A DNA stretch of 64,000 nucleotides from Deltaproteobacteria bacterium (GTDB taxonomy: Bacteria > Myxococcota > Kuafuiibacteriia > Kuafuiibacteriales > Kuafuiibacteriaceae): NCBI GenBank assembly GCA_040218735.1, contig JAVJQW010000023.1:256001-320000 (forward strand), in the 5' to 3' direction. A program made the translations under genes and the position numbers. Below, piece after piece: positions 17,801-29,499 of the stretch (its first letter is position 1; each line of letters begins with the position of its first letter). Under the pieces are notes generated by a model. It made no database searches. It worked only from the letters and a program-made list of their open reading frames with translations, and was not told where the DNA came from.

Positions 17801-20368
17801 ATGAACACCTGGATCGGGTCGCCGAAGACCGCCGCCACGTACGCGCTGACGCTCCTGGGCCTCACCGCGACCACACTTGGCTGCGACGACACCGGTCTCA
17901 CGCAGCTCGAGGGCAAGCTGGTGTTCGACGAGCTCGTCGACTTCGGTGACGTCCAGGTCGGTATCGAGAAGACGCTCTACCTGGAGCTCACCAACGAGGG
18001 CGGCGCGGTCGTCACCGTGGACGACGTCGAGGTCGACGCGACGATCTCCGGTTCCCGCTACCAGTTCGAGATCGACGACGACCCCTTCGACGTACGCGCG
18101 GGCGACGGTTCGCAGCTGCGCATCAAGTTCCGGCCCTTCGAGGCGATGGACGAACCGGCGGACTCGATCGTGAAGCTCGTGACGGAGGCCGAGGCCTTCG
18201 AAGTCACGCTCCGCGGTCGCGGCGTGGCGAGCGGCCTCATCGTCGAGCCCAACCCCGTCGACTTCGGCTCCGTCCTCCTCGGGAGCGTGGAGACGATGAA
18301 CGTACAGGTCACCAACGCGCTCTCGGAGTCGATCGAGCTGTTCACGAACGTGCGCGGCGGCGTCATCGACGTCGAGGTCACGGCCGGCACCGGCATGTTC
18401 GACGTGCAGGCGACCGCCGAGTCCGACGGCTCTCTCGGCACGTTGGATCCCGGTGCCTCGATCACGCTGCCGGTGCGATACGTGCCCTCGCAGATCGGCG
18501 AGGGTCGCGGCGACCGCGCGCGGTTCGTGCTGTCGAACTGCGACTTCGAGCTGTGCGAAGTGGAGGTGACGCTGATCGGGCGCGGGACGGACTCGGCGCT
18601 GACGTGTGCGCCGGAGTCGTTCGACTTCGGCGCGATCAACCCGGGGCGCACGCGCACCGCGACGATCACCTGCGAGAACTCGGCGAACGATCCGATCGAG
18701 GTGCAGCGCGCCTCGCTCGACCTCGTCTCGGCGCCGGAGTTCTCGGTGATGCCGATCTCCGTGGGGACGATCCGCCGCGGCGAGACCTTCGACGTCGCCG
18801 TGACGTTCGCTCCGACCGCAGCCACCCTCGGCGCGAGTGTGATGGGTACGCTCGTGGTCGAAGCGGCGAACCAGGACGGCGCGCCGCTGCGGCCTTCGCA
18901 AGTCACCTTGCTCGGCGCCGGCGGAGGGCCGGCGGTGGTCGTGCAACCCGACTTGCTCAACTTCGGCATCGTCGCGGTGCAGACCACGCACACCAAGCGG
19001 CTGCTCGTGACGAACGTGGGCTACGACGACCTCGTGGTGTCGAACGTGGAGCCCGACGTCGCGGGCACAGGCGCGTTCTCGGCTTCGCCGACGACGTTCG
19101 TGGTCGCGCCCGGCAACGCGCAGATCCTGGACGTGACGATCGAGCCGCAGGTCGACGGGATGGTGGAGTCGACGCTCCGACTGACGACGAACGACCTGTC
19201 GGATCCCACGCCCGAGGTCGTGCTCGTCGGCGAGGGCATCACGCTGCCGCCGTGCGCGTACACGGTGACGCCGCCGAACATCAACTTCGGCAACGTTCCC
19301 CTCTCGGAGGCGCCGTTGCTCGGCTTCCGCGTCGAGAACGTCGGCAACGACGTGTGCCTGATGAACGACGTCGACTTCGTCCCCCCGCAGACCGCGACGC
19401 CGGCGCCGTTCACGCTGGTCGACGGTCCGGTGACGAGCGCGATCATGATCGCGCCGGGCGCGTTCCACGACGTCCCGGTGCAGTACCAGCCGTCGCGCAT
19501 CGGCACCGACACCGCGACGGTCGGCTTCTACATCTCGAGCGTGACCAACTCGAACCCGGTCGTCCCGCTGTTCGGCGTGGGTGAGCCGCTCCTGGAGGTC
19601 ACGTGCCCGGCGACGGTCACCACGGCGGTCGGCACGCCGGTGTCGCTCGCGGTCACCGGCCGCGTCGCGGGCGCGAACATCACGGGTTACCAGTGGAACA
19701 TCGTGTCGAGCCCGGCGGGCGGCGCCGGCACGCCGGGGCAGTGGACGCCGAACCCACCGACCGCCGCGACCGAGGACTTCCTCGCGCTCATCGTCGGCGT
19801 CTACGACATCCGCGTCGACATCTTCGACGACGTCGGCCGCACCGCGTCCTGCGTGACGCGCGTGAACGCCCTCGGCGAAGGCCTCGTCGCCACGCTGCGT
19901 TGGAGCGGCAACGGCGACCACGACCTGCACGTGCACAACCCGGCGACGACGGTGCCGTGGTTCACGTCCCCCGACGACTGCTACTACTCGAACCGCACGC
20001 CGATCTGGGACACCGGCTTCGGCGCCGGCTTCGGCCCGAACCCGGAGCTCGACGTCGACAACACCTCCGGCTTCGGCCCGGAGAACACCCGCGTCAGCAC
20101 GCCGGTGATCGGACAACCGTACACCGTGGCGGTGCATCACTACTCGAGCGCGTCGGGCACCACGGCGACCGTGGAGATCTACTGCGGCGGCGTCGCGACG
20201 CCGACGCAGGTCTTCAACTCGACGACGTTCACGGGCTCCGCGTCGGGGAACTGCTCGGCGAACGAGTTCTGGAGGGTGGCGACCGTGACGTTCACGTCGG
20301 CGTCGACGTGCATCATCACGCCGATCGATACGTATACGCCGAGCTCGCAGGCCTGCACGATGTTCTAG
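17801..20368 (+). CDS. Large surface lipoprotein with multiple Ig-like (choice-of-anchor D/ASH-type) domains and YfaP-like C-terminal domain
   Basis: Lipobox TLGC; five repeats beginning DFGDV/DFGSV/DFGAI/NFGIV/NFGNV; C-terminal LRW..DHDLHV...DCYY...LDVDN..GFGPEN. Confidence 0.78.
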   Translation: MNTWIGSPKTAATYALTLLGLTATTLGCDDTGLTQLEGKLVFDELVDFGDVQVGIEKTLYLELTNEGGAVVTVDDVEVDATISGSRYQFEIDDDPFDVRAGDGSQLRIKFRPFEAMDEPADSIVKLVTEAEAFEVTLRGRGVASGLIVEPNPVDFGSVLLGSVETMNVQVTNALSESIELFTNVRGGVIDVEVTAGTGMFDVQATAESDGSLGTLDPGASITLPVRYVPSQIGEGRGDRARFVLSNCDFELCEVEVTLIGRGTDSALTCAPESFDFGAINPGRTRTATITCENSANDPIEVQRASLDLVSAPEFSVMPISVGTIRRGETFDVAVTFAPTAATLGASVMGTLVVEAANQDGAPLRPSQVTLLGAGGGPAVVVQPDLLNFGIVAVQTTHTKRLLVTNVGYDDLVVSNVEPDVAGTGAFSASPTTFVVAPGNAQILDVTIEPQVDGMVESTLRLTTNDLSDPTPEVVLVGEGITLPPCAYTVTPPNINFGNVPLSEAPLLGFRVENVGNDVCLMNDVDFVPPQTATPAPFTLVDGPVTSAIMIAPGAFHDVPVQYQPSRIGTDTATVGFYISSVTNSNPVVPLFGVGEPLLEVTCPATVTTAVGTPVSLAVTGRVAGANITGYQWNIVSSPAGGAGTPGQWTPNPPTAATEDFLALIVGVYDIRVDIFDDVGRTASCVTRVNALGEGLVATLRWSGNGDHDLHVHNPATTVPWFTSPDDCYYSNRTPIWDTGFGAGFGPNPELDVDNTSGFGPENTRVSTPVIGQPYTVAVHHYSSASGTTATVEIYCGGVATPTQVFNSTTFTGSASGNCSANEFWRVATVTFTSASTCIITPIDTYTPSSQACTMF

Positions 20369-20382
20369 CCCGCTGACGCACC

Positions 20383-20437
20383 GCTGACGCAGTCAGCCGG
20401 CGCCCTTGAACTTGAACTTGCCCTTTACCTTGCCCTC
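20383..20437. repeat. Left arm of 55-bp inverted repeat
   Basis: GCTGACGCAGTCAGCCGGCGCCCTTGAACTTGAACTTGCCCTTTACCTTGCCCTC matches the reverse complement of 20893-20947 at 52/55 positions. Confidence 0.93.
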
Positions 20438-20785
20438 GCGGCCGACGGCGAGACTCGTGAGCATCTTCACGATCTCCAACAGCAGCGCTCGTCCCTCGTC
20501 GAGCGGCGCGTGGTCGTCCAACAACTGACAGCAACGGACGGTGTCGAGGATCGCCGCCGACTCCGTCGCCGAGCGCCTCGCGATCCGATAGAAGCGGCGC
20601 TTCTCGGCCGGAGCGAACTCGCCGGCTCCCTCGGCGATGTTGTTGGCGATGGAGGTCGACGCGCGGTGAAGCTGGTCCTTCAGCGGCCCGAAGCCTCGAA
20701 TCGTGGCGGTGATTCTATGGGCGAGCGCGACGAACTCGATCGTGACCCGGTAGACGTGGAGCCTCTCGTGATCGAACTGTTCCAT
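20393..20785 (-). CDS. Four-helix-bundle protein (23S rRNA intervening sequence protein/Avd-like family)
   Basis: FDHERLHVY, LKDQLHRASTSIANNIAEGAG, RRFYRIARRSATE, IVKML; C-terminus runs into the left inverted repeat. Confidence 0.9.
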   Translation of the reverse strand: MEQFDHERLHVYRVTIEFVALAHRITATIRGFGPLKDQLHRASTSIANNIAEGAGEFAPAEKRRFYRIARRSATESAAILDTVRCCQLLDDHAPLDEGRALLLEIVKMLTSLAVGREGKVKGKFKFKGAG

Positions 20786-20892
20786 CCGCTCCGGATGCGT
20801 GGGTCGACGGTGATCGGCAACGTCTGCGTGATTGGAAATCGTTCAGGAGGCCTGAAGCTCGGCGCGCGCAGCGGTGGGGTGCCGCTCCGCGG

Positions 20893-20947
20893 GAGGGCAA
20901 GGTAAAGGGCAAGTTCAAGTTCAAGGGGCCCGGCTGACTTCGTCAGC
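20893..20947. repeat. Right arm of 55-bp inverted repeat
   Basis: GAGGGCAAGGTAAAGGGCAAGTTCAAGTTCAAGGGGCCCGGCTGACTTCGTCAGC. Confidence 0.93.
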
Positions 20948-20952
20948 CTGGG

Positions 20953-23250
<2,298 letters not shown>

Positions 23251-23293
23251 GGCCTCTCATTCGCACATGGCCGCGCGCTCGACAATCGACCGT

Positions 23294-24670
23294 TCAGAAG
23301 CTCCAACCCACGAGTGTGCTCAACGCGAGTGATCGGTCGAATCCGCCGGTCGCCGTCACCGCGCCCGAGAGCGGCCCTGGCGCCGAGAACAACAGCGCGT
23401 ACCCGGTGAAGCTCGCGGTCACGCCATATGTGAAACCGATCCGCGTTCGGCCGAGCAGCCCTGCGGCGAGATCGAACCCGAACGCGCCCGAGCCCTGCCC
23501 GTACCGCGTCCCCAGCTCACCCGCGCTCAGCACCGGGCGCAGTCCCGCCTCCGCGGTCAGCGTGATCGACGTGGAGATCGGCCACTGCGCGACACCGCCG
23601 AGCCGCACGTACGTATAACGCGCCGCACCCATCACTCCGTTGTCGCCGAGCGCGAAGGTGTCGTGCCCGAGACCGACCACACCGCCCACGTCGAGGAACG
23701 CGACGTCGAACGTGTATCCGACGGACGCCGCGAACCGATAGGCGTCCGACGACACGGGATCCGTACGCTCCAACGACGACACCCCGAGCCCGTAGTTCCC
23801 TTCGAACAGCAGGAAGGCCGGGCCGAGCGTGGACTTCGGTTTGAAAGGCGTGATGCGCAGCGCGACCGACAGCTCGGGGAACGCGCCGCTCGCGTGTTGT
23901 GCGTTGCGCTGATCCGTCTGACCGATCCGCGCGGTGCGCGAACGGAACGTGAACCCGCCGAGCGCCGCGATCAAACGACGCGCCGCCTTCTTGCGCGGAC
24001 GCACCGACGTCTGGGTACGCGTCGGCTCCGGTTCGGGCTCGGGCTCCGGCTCGGGGGGTGTGAACGAAGGCGCGGGGCTCGGATCGTCGATCTCCGGGTC
24101 CAGACCCAGCTCCTCGTTCGCAGCCTCGAGGTCCGTCATCTCGGGCGCCTCGTCCTTCGGCACCACGGGACGAATCAAACGGCGCGGTGACTCGCCGACC
24201 TGCTCGTCGAGGATCGCTTCCTCGTCGGGCTCGGGGAGGTCGGCGAGCGCACGCTTCAGCAACCGCTTCGCGACCGCACGAATCTTCTTCTTCGCACGTC
24301 CGTTGCGCGGCCCGGGCGCGGTGCCGGCAACGAGCACACGACCGTCGGCGTCGAGGATGGTGATCTTCGTCTTCGACCGCCGCCCGCGTCGCGTCACGCG
24401 GCCCTTCACGATCACCGACAGCCCCATCACCCGCGCGACCTTCGCGACGCCCTCGTCGGTCGTCGCGTCCACACCGATCTCGTCACCCTGATCGTAGACG
24501 TCCGAGCGCGCGACGATCTCGACGGAGGAGGTCAGCCCCACCAGCACCGCGCTGCGCGCGAGGCCGGCGCGCCAACCTTCGAAGTCCAACAACACGCCGC
24601 GGTGCTGCGCCGACGCGGCCGACGGCAACAGGAGGATCGAGAGCGCGAGCCACCAACCGAAACGTTTCAT
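23294..24670 (-). CDS. Exported protein with PE-rich linker and probable C-terminal outer-membrane beta-barrel
   Basis: Signal peptide MKRFGWWLALSILLLPSAASA; PEPEPEPEP linker; alternating beta-strands ending in VGWSF; ATG 24670. Confidence 0.6.
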   Translation of the reverse strand: MKRFGWWLALSILLLPSAASAQHRGVLLDFEGWRAGLARSAVLVGLTSSVEIVARSDVYDQGDEIGVDATTDEGVAKVARVMGLSVIVKGRVTRRGRRSKTKITILDADGRVLVAGTAPGPRNGRAKKKIRAVAKRLLKRALADLPEPDEEAILDEQVGESPRRLIRPVVPKDEAPEMTDLEAANEELGLDPEIDDPSPAPSFTPPEPEPEPEPEPTRTQTSVRPRKKAARRLIAALGGFTFRSRTARIGQTDQRNAQHASGAFPELSVALRITPFKPKSTLGPAFLLFEGNYGLGVSSLERTDPVSSDAYRFAASVGYTFDVAFLDVGGVVGLGHDTFALGDNGVMGAARYTYVRLGGVAQWPISTSITLTAEAGLRPVLSAGELGTRYGQGSGAFGFDLAAGLLGRTRIGFTYGVTASFTGYALLFSAPGPLSGAVTATGGFDRSLALSTLVGWSF

Positions 24671-25641
24671 CCCTCGGTCCCCCCGTCGTTCACGAAGACG
24701 AAGTCGTCGCCCGGCGCCGAGGCGTGACACCCCGTGCAGCCATCGACGCGACCCGCGAGCGGCACCCCCGCTTCGTTGGTGTCGAGCGCACCCGCGGGTG
24801 TGAACTTCGCCCAGAACCAGTCGCCACGATCCGGCGCGAAACCGTCGACCCGCTGCATGACGGTGATCGCCACAATGGACGCGGGGTCCTCGGTGAGGTG
24901 GTTGCGCTTCACGATGATCGACCCGGAGCCGAGCCCGCTCTCGTCGGCGGCGGCGACGTCGTTGAGGTGGAACTGGTTGTAGTCGCCGTGCGGGCTCGTC
25001 CCGGGCTGCATCCCGTCGAGGCCCGTGAAGGAGGGCCAAGACGTGTGCGTCGCGATCGCCGCCCAGAGGGTGCCGGCGCGCTCGAGATCCTGGTCGCCGC
25101 CGAACGTCGGCGTCGCGCCGTTGCTGAAGAGGTAGTCCTCGCCGGCCCCGACGTGGCACCCGATGCACCCGCCCCCGTCCTTGCCGACGGCGCCCGCGAG
25201 CGGCGTGCCGGATTCGTCGAGCGCGACGGTGCCGTCCGGATCGTACTGCGCCCAGAACCAGTCGAACTGCTCGGGGTTGAAGTTGCGCACGCGCTTCATC
25301 ACGGTGACCGCCTTCAGATCGGTGGCGGCCTCGTCGGCGAAGTTGCGCTTCACGACCACCGACCCGAACGCGAGGGTGTCGAGGTCGGCGGCCGCGACGT
25401 CGTTGACGTGCAGCGTCTGGTAGGCGCCGTGCGGGCTCGCCCCCGTCACGATCCCCTCCTTGCCGGGGAAGGAGGGCCAGGACTCGTGCCCCTCCAGCTC
25501 GGCCCACAGCGAATCCGCCGTCGCGAGGTCGAAGGCGCCGCCGTAGGTGGCGTCGCCCGCGCCGGGGTCGAACGATAGCTCCCCGACACATCCGGTGGAG
25601 AACAAGAGCAGCAGGAGCGCAGAGCGGGGTGGGCGCTTCAT
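24667..25641 (-). CDS. Lipoprotein with two tandem cytochrome P460-like domains
   Basis: Lipobox STGC; two copies of WPSF.G..G...G.SPHG.Y...GS.IVKRN...TVM.RV..F.P...DWFWA...CxxCH (CIGCH, CTGCH)...D(Y/F)(L/V)F. Confidence 0.8.
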   Translation of the reverse strand: MKRPPRSALLLLLFSTGCVGELSFDPGAGDATYGGAFDLATADSLWAELEGHESWPSFPGKEGIVTGASPHGAYQTLHVNDVAAADLDTLAFGSVVVKRNFADEAATDLKAVTVMKRVRNFNPEQFDWFWAQYDPDGTVALDESGTPLAGAVGKDGGGCIGCHVGAGEDYLFSNGATPTFGGDQDLERAGTLWAAIATHTSWPSFTGLDGMQPGTSPHGDYNQFHLNDVAAADESGLGSGSIIVKRNHLTEDPASIVAITVMQRVDGFAPDRGDWFWAKFTPAGALDTNEAGVPLAGRVDGCTGCHASAPGDDFVFVNDGGTEG

Positions 25642-25820
25642 GGGTCCGGTTGGGGAGTGCAGGTGGGATGCCATGGCCGCGCGGGCGGGATTTCGGGGTG
25701 GGTCCGTGGCACGAACCCCTCGCCCGGCGGTCGATCGGGGCGGTGGATCCTCGGTTCGGGGTCAGCGTGACCGCGAACAGGGTGGCGTCCTCGATCGCGC
25801 ACCGTGTTATGTACGCGGCG

Positions 25821-28259
25821 ATGCGGAGGATGGTGCTCGCGACGCTGGCGCTGTTCGGTTGCAGCGAGCTGGAGCCCCTGGAGCTCGACACGTGCGGGAA
25901 CGGCGTGTGGGAGCCGATGGCCGGCGAAGACTGCGACACCAACACCGACGAAGGTCAGTGCGGGCGCCCCGGCACCGCCGGCGCTTGTCAGTACATCTGC
26001 TCCACCTCATCGGACTGCCCCGGTGGCCGTCAGTGCGGCGCGGATCGGATCTGCCGCCTCCCCATCCGCCAGTTCCGAGCCGCGCCCGGCTCTCCGTACG
26101 CGACGGTCGGCAACCAGCTCGCGGTGGCGGACCTCGACGGTGACACCCACTTCGATCTGATCGGTACGAACGCGCGCGGCGCGAACGTCCTGTTCGGGGA
26201 CGGCGAAGGTGCGTTCTTCGATCGACGCTCCCTCACGACCGGTGCTCCGATGTCTCGCGCGATGCGGGCCGCGGTGACCGCGCCGAACCCGCAGCGCCTG
26301 GTGACGCCGATGGGGGCCGGGGTGCAGGTCCACGGCGTCGACGCGCAGCGCAACCTGAGCGCGGTGGCCAACGCGGCGCTCCCGTTCGACCTCGGAGATC
26401 GCGTGCGCCTGGTGCGGCTCCCTTCGAGCGGGCTTCAGGATCTCATCGCCGTCTTCCTGGAGGTCGGGCGAACCGTGGCCCTGACCACGTTCGGGCTGCC
26501 CAGCAAACCGAACGTCCTCGACCGGGCTCTGTCCGAACTGATCCCCGTCGCGGGGGACCTCGACGGTGACGGACTCCCCGAGCTCGTGGTGGCGTTCGGC
26601 GGCGAATCGGACGTGCGGGTGTTGCAGCTGCGCTGCGAGGACGGGGGCCCGGTGGCGACGTGCACCGACGAGCTCGAGTGGCGCGACACGACGACCGTCG
26701 CGTTCGGGGCAGCGGTCAACCAGCTGGCCCTCGCAGACGCCGACGCAGACGGCGACCTCGACCTCTTCGCGACGACCACGGGTGACATCCGGATCGCGCG
26801 GGGCCGCGGCGACCTCACGTTCGCAGCGCCGGCCGTCGACGGGCGGGTCGACTGCGGCGACGTCTGTACCTTGCTGGTGGTCGAAGACCTCGACGGTGAC
26901 GACCGCGCCGACTACGTGTTCGAGGCGGCGCTGGTCACGACGTCCAGCGCCGCGGCGCGGACGCGTCACGAAGCGAGCTCGGGGGAGCTCGACGAATGGT
27001 CGTACGCCGCGACGGGAGACTTCGACGGTGACGGGCGACGAGACGTCGCCGTCGCGCTCGAAGGAGAGTTCGGCATCGAGGTCGTGTACGGCGCGACCAC
27101 GCCCCTCTACAACGCGTTCTTCGAGGACACGTCGCAGCCGATCGCCGGACTCGTCGCCGCAGACTTCGACGGCGACGGGATCGACGACCTCGCCGCGGTG
27201 CTGCTCAGCCTGGAGGGATCGACCGTCGTCGTGCTCTACGGCGGGACCGCCGGCTTCAGCGCGCCCGTCCCGATGGGCCGCTTCGCCGGCGTGCGCGGGC
27301 TGCTGCCCGTCTTCCTCGCGGGCCCGCAGCCCGGGTCCGCGGACTTCCGTGCGGATCTGATCGTCGAGACGAACGACCCCGCGAGCTCGGGCGATCGGAT
27401 CGTGGTGTTGATCGCCACTCAGGAGCACCAGATGGTGTCGCCGCTGCTGCTGTCGCCGACGCCGGTGAACCCCATTCCGGCGCTCGCGGTCGCGACCGGG
27501 ACCTTCCTGTCGGAGACGGACGACGAGGACCTCCTCATCCTCGCATCGGACAAGGTGGTGCGGGTGCCGACGAACGCCGCGGGGGCCTTCGACCTCCAAC
27601 TCGCGGTGACGCAGGACCAGTCGTTCGTCGACGGCACGACGAGCCGCCGCCTGGTCGAGACGGCGCAGCTCGACGGCGACGCGTTCACGGAGGTGATCGT
27701 CGCGACGGGGACCCACCCCAAACCAGACACCGAGGGACGAAGTGTCGTGGTCTTCGATCCCGACTCTCCCTCGGAAGACCTCTCGATCGTCGAGCTCACG
27801 TTGCCGGACGCAATCTACAGCCCGACGAGCGTGCGGGTCGCGGCGCTCCCGCCGATCGCGGATCGGGTCCTCGTGGTCGGCTTCGTTGGTCAAGGAGCGC
27901 CGGGCGGCGTCGCGTTGTACTCGATCGCGGAGGACGGCACGGTGGCCGACGCCCCGACGGTGCTCCTCGCGGAGGAGGGGCGACAAGTGCTGTCGGTCGA
28001 AGTCGCCAACATCGACTCCGACGCGCTACCCGAGCTGATCGTGCTCACCGAGACCGACGTCTATTCGATCGAGATCCGCGACGGCACGTTCGTCTGGGGG
28101 CCGCCGATTCCGCTCGGGGACACCGTTCGACCGCCGAGCGCGTTTGCGACGATGCGCGCGACGGATCTCGATCGGGACGGGCTCGTCGATCTCACGATCG
28201 CCACCGAGCTGGGCCTGTACGTCTACCGCGCGGTGGATCGGCTAGAGGTGACGCCGTGA
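25821..28259 (+). CDS. FG-GAP/VCBS repeat lipoprotein
   Basis: Lipobox LFGC; CGNG...GEDCD Cys-rich N-terminus; many DLDGDG/DFDGDG repeats. Confidence 0.85.
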   Translation: MRRMVLATLALFGCSELEPLELDTCGNGVWEPMAGEDCDTNTDEGQCGRPGTAGACQYICSTSSDCPGGRQCGADRICRLPIRQFRAAPGSPYATVGNQLAVADLDGDTHFDLIGTNARGANVLFGDGEGAFFDRRSLTTGAPMSRAMRAAVTAPNPQRLVTPMGAGVQVHGVDAQRNLSAVANAALPFDLGDRVRLVRLPSSGLQDLIAVFLEVGRTVALTTFGLPSKPNVLDRALSELIPVAGDLDGDGLPELVVAFGGESDVRVLQLRCEDGGPVATCTDELEWRDTTTVAFGAAVNQLALADADADGDLDLFATTTGDIRIARGRGDLTFAAPAVDGRVDCGDVCTLLVVEDLDGDDRADYVFEAALVTTSSAAARTRHEASSGELDEWSYAATGDFDGDGRRDVAVALEGEFGIEVVYGATTPLYNAFFEDTSQPIAGLVAADFDGDGIDDLAAVLLSLEGSTVVVLYGGTAGFSAPVPMGRFAGVRGLLPVFLAGPQPGSADFRADLIVETNDPASSGDRIVVLIATQEHQMVSPLLLSPTPVNPIPALAVATGTFLSETDDEDLLILASDKVVRVPTNAAGAFDLQLAVTQDQSFVDGTTSRRLVETAQLDGDAFTEVIVATGTHPKPDTEGRSVVVFDPDSPSEDLSIVELTLPDAIYSPTSVRVAALPPIADRVLVVGFVGQGAPGGVALYSIAEDGTVADAPTVLLAEEGRQVLSVEVANIDSDALPELIVLTETDVYSIEIRDGTFVWGPPIPLGDTVRPPSAFATMRATDLDRDGLVDLTIATELGLYVYRAVDRLEVTP

Positions 28260-29455
28260 GCGCGACGGTGGTGTTGATCGCTGCGCTCAGCGTGGTCGGT
28301 GCGGATCGCTACGCGGAAGCAAAAGCGGTGTTCGACGCCGGACAGCAGGCGTTCGAGGCCGGGGAGTTCGTGGCGGCCGCGGCGGCGTACGAGCAGGCGT
28401 TGGAGATCATCCCGCCGCCCAAACCCGGCGGCGCGGATCCGCGCCCCGCGATCGTGTTCTCGCTGGCGCAGGCGTACCGACGGCACTACTTCGACGAGCT
28501 CGATCAGGAGAAGCGGAGCCTCGACTCACTCGACCGCGCGGTGGAGGCCTACCGGCGCTACCTCGTGATGTCGCCGACGGGATCGCGGCGGCTCGACGCG
28601 AGTGATCACCTCGCTCGCCTCGAGCTGGAGCTCGCGCGTGTGTCGATGTCCGGCATTCGGCGACGCGCGGCGGAGGCGGAGCGGCCGACGCGGATCATGA
28701 TCACGTCGAAGACCGTCGGCGCGCAGGCGTCGATCGACGGAACGCAGACGGCGACGGTGCCCGTCGTCCGCGAGGTCGCGCCGGGCAAACACAAGATCCG
28801 CGTCACGCGCACGGGTTACTTCCCCGAAGAGCTCGAGACGGAGGCGGTGAAGGGCAACCTGGCCGTGGTGCCCGTCGACCTGCGTGCGATGCCGGCGCGC
28901 CTGCGCGTCGAGGCGCCCAGCGACGCTATCGTCTCGGTGGACGGGCGCATGGTCGGCGTCGCGCCGATCCGTGCGGAGCTGGAGCTGGAGGCGGGGCGCC
29001 GGTTGGTCACGGTGACGGCCGCGGGGCGCCAGGCTTTCTCGCGGGAGCTCGATCTGTCGCGCGGTGTGCTGGAGTCGCTGCGGGTCGACTTGGAGCCGAC
29101 GGGTCAGCGACAAGCGGCGCGATACTTCCTGATCGGCGGCGGCGTGATTGCGAGCGCGGGCGTGATCACCGGCGTCCTCGCGCTCCTGAACAACGCGGCG
29201 GCGCGGGTGTACCTGCTGCGACGCGACATCGAACAAGAGTCCCTGACGCAGGCCGACCTGCTGAACTATCAAGCGGCCCGCTCCGACTACAACCGGTTCT
29301 CGGCGATCTCGGCGACGACGCTGTTCGTCGCGGCGGCCGTCCTCGCAACCGGCGGTTTGCTCTACGCCTTCGACTCCCCGTCGAGCGCGACCGGACCACG
29401 CCTGGAGGTCGCACCGCTCGAGACCCCGAGCTCGGGCGGCCCGTCGCCGTTCTGA
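28256..29455 (+). CDS. TPR plus PEGA domain protein
   Basis: N-terminal TPR-like helices, two PEGA-like domains (GAQASIDG...PGKHKIRV...GY; VSVDG..VG..P), C-terminal hydrophobic hairpin; overlaps upstream stop. Confidence 0.82.
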   Translation: MSATVVLIAALSVVGADRYAEAKAVFDAGQQAFEAGEFVAAAAAYEQALEIIPPPKPGGADPRPAIVFSLAQAYRRHYFDELDQEKRSLDSLDRAVEAYRRYLVMSPTGSRRLDASDHLARLELELARVSMSGIRRRAAEAERPTRIMITSKTVGAQASIDGTQTATVPVVREVAPGKHKIRVTRTGYFPEELETEAVKGNLAVVPVDLRAMPARLRVEAPSDAIVSVDGRMVGVAPIRAELELEAGRRLVTVTAAGRQAFSRELDLSRGVLESLRVDLEPTGQRQAARYFLIGGGVIASAGVITGVLALLNNAAARVYLLRRDIEQESLTQADLLNYQAARSDYNRFSAISATTLFVAAAVLATGGLLYAFDSPSSATGPRLEVAPLETPSSGGPSPF

Positions 29456-29479
29456 GTCGTCGATTGAGGTTGGGCTCCG

Positions 29480-29494
29480 ATAGCTGCTATCGAT
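29480..29494. promoter_or_regulatory. Candidate OxyR/LysR autoregulatory box
   Basis: ATAG-N7-CGAT, one mismatch to the ATAG-N7-CTAT OxyR unit, 5 bp before the oxyR start. Confidence 0.5.
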
Positions 29495-29499
29495 AGCGC

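Noticed and set aside
20383-20947. IS element, CRISPR array or DGR interpretation of the inverted-repeat cassette
   Set aside because: No transposase, no repeat-spacer array, no reverse transcriptase or TR/VR pair recognised in the window; no clear flanking target-site duplication
24671-25945. 883-aa ORF 23294..25945 as one protein
   Set aside because: The N-terminal half is a shadow of the P460-like gene; a signal peptide begins at ATG 24670
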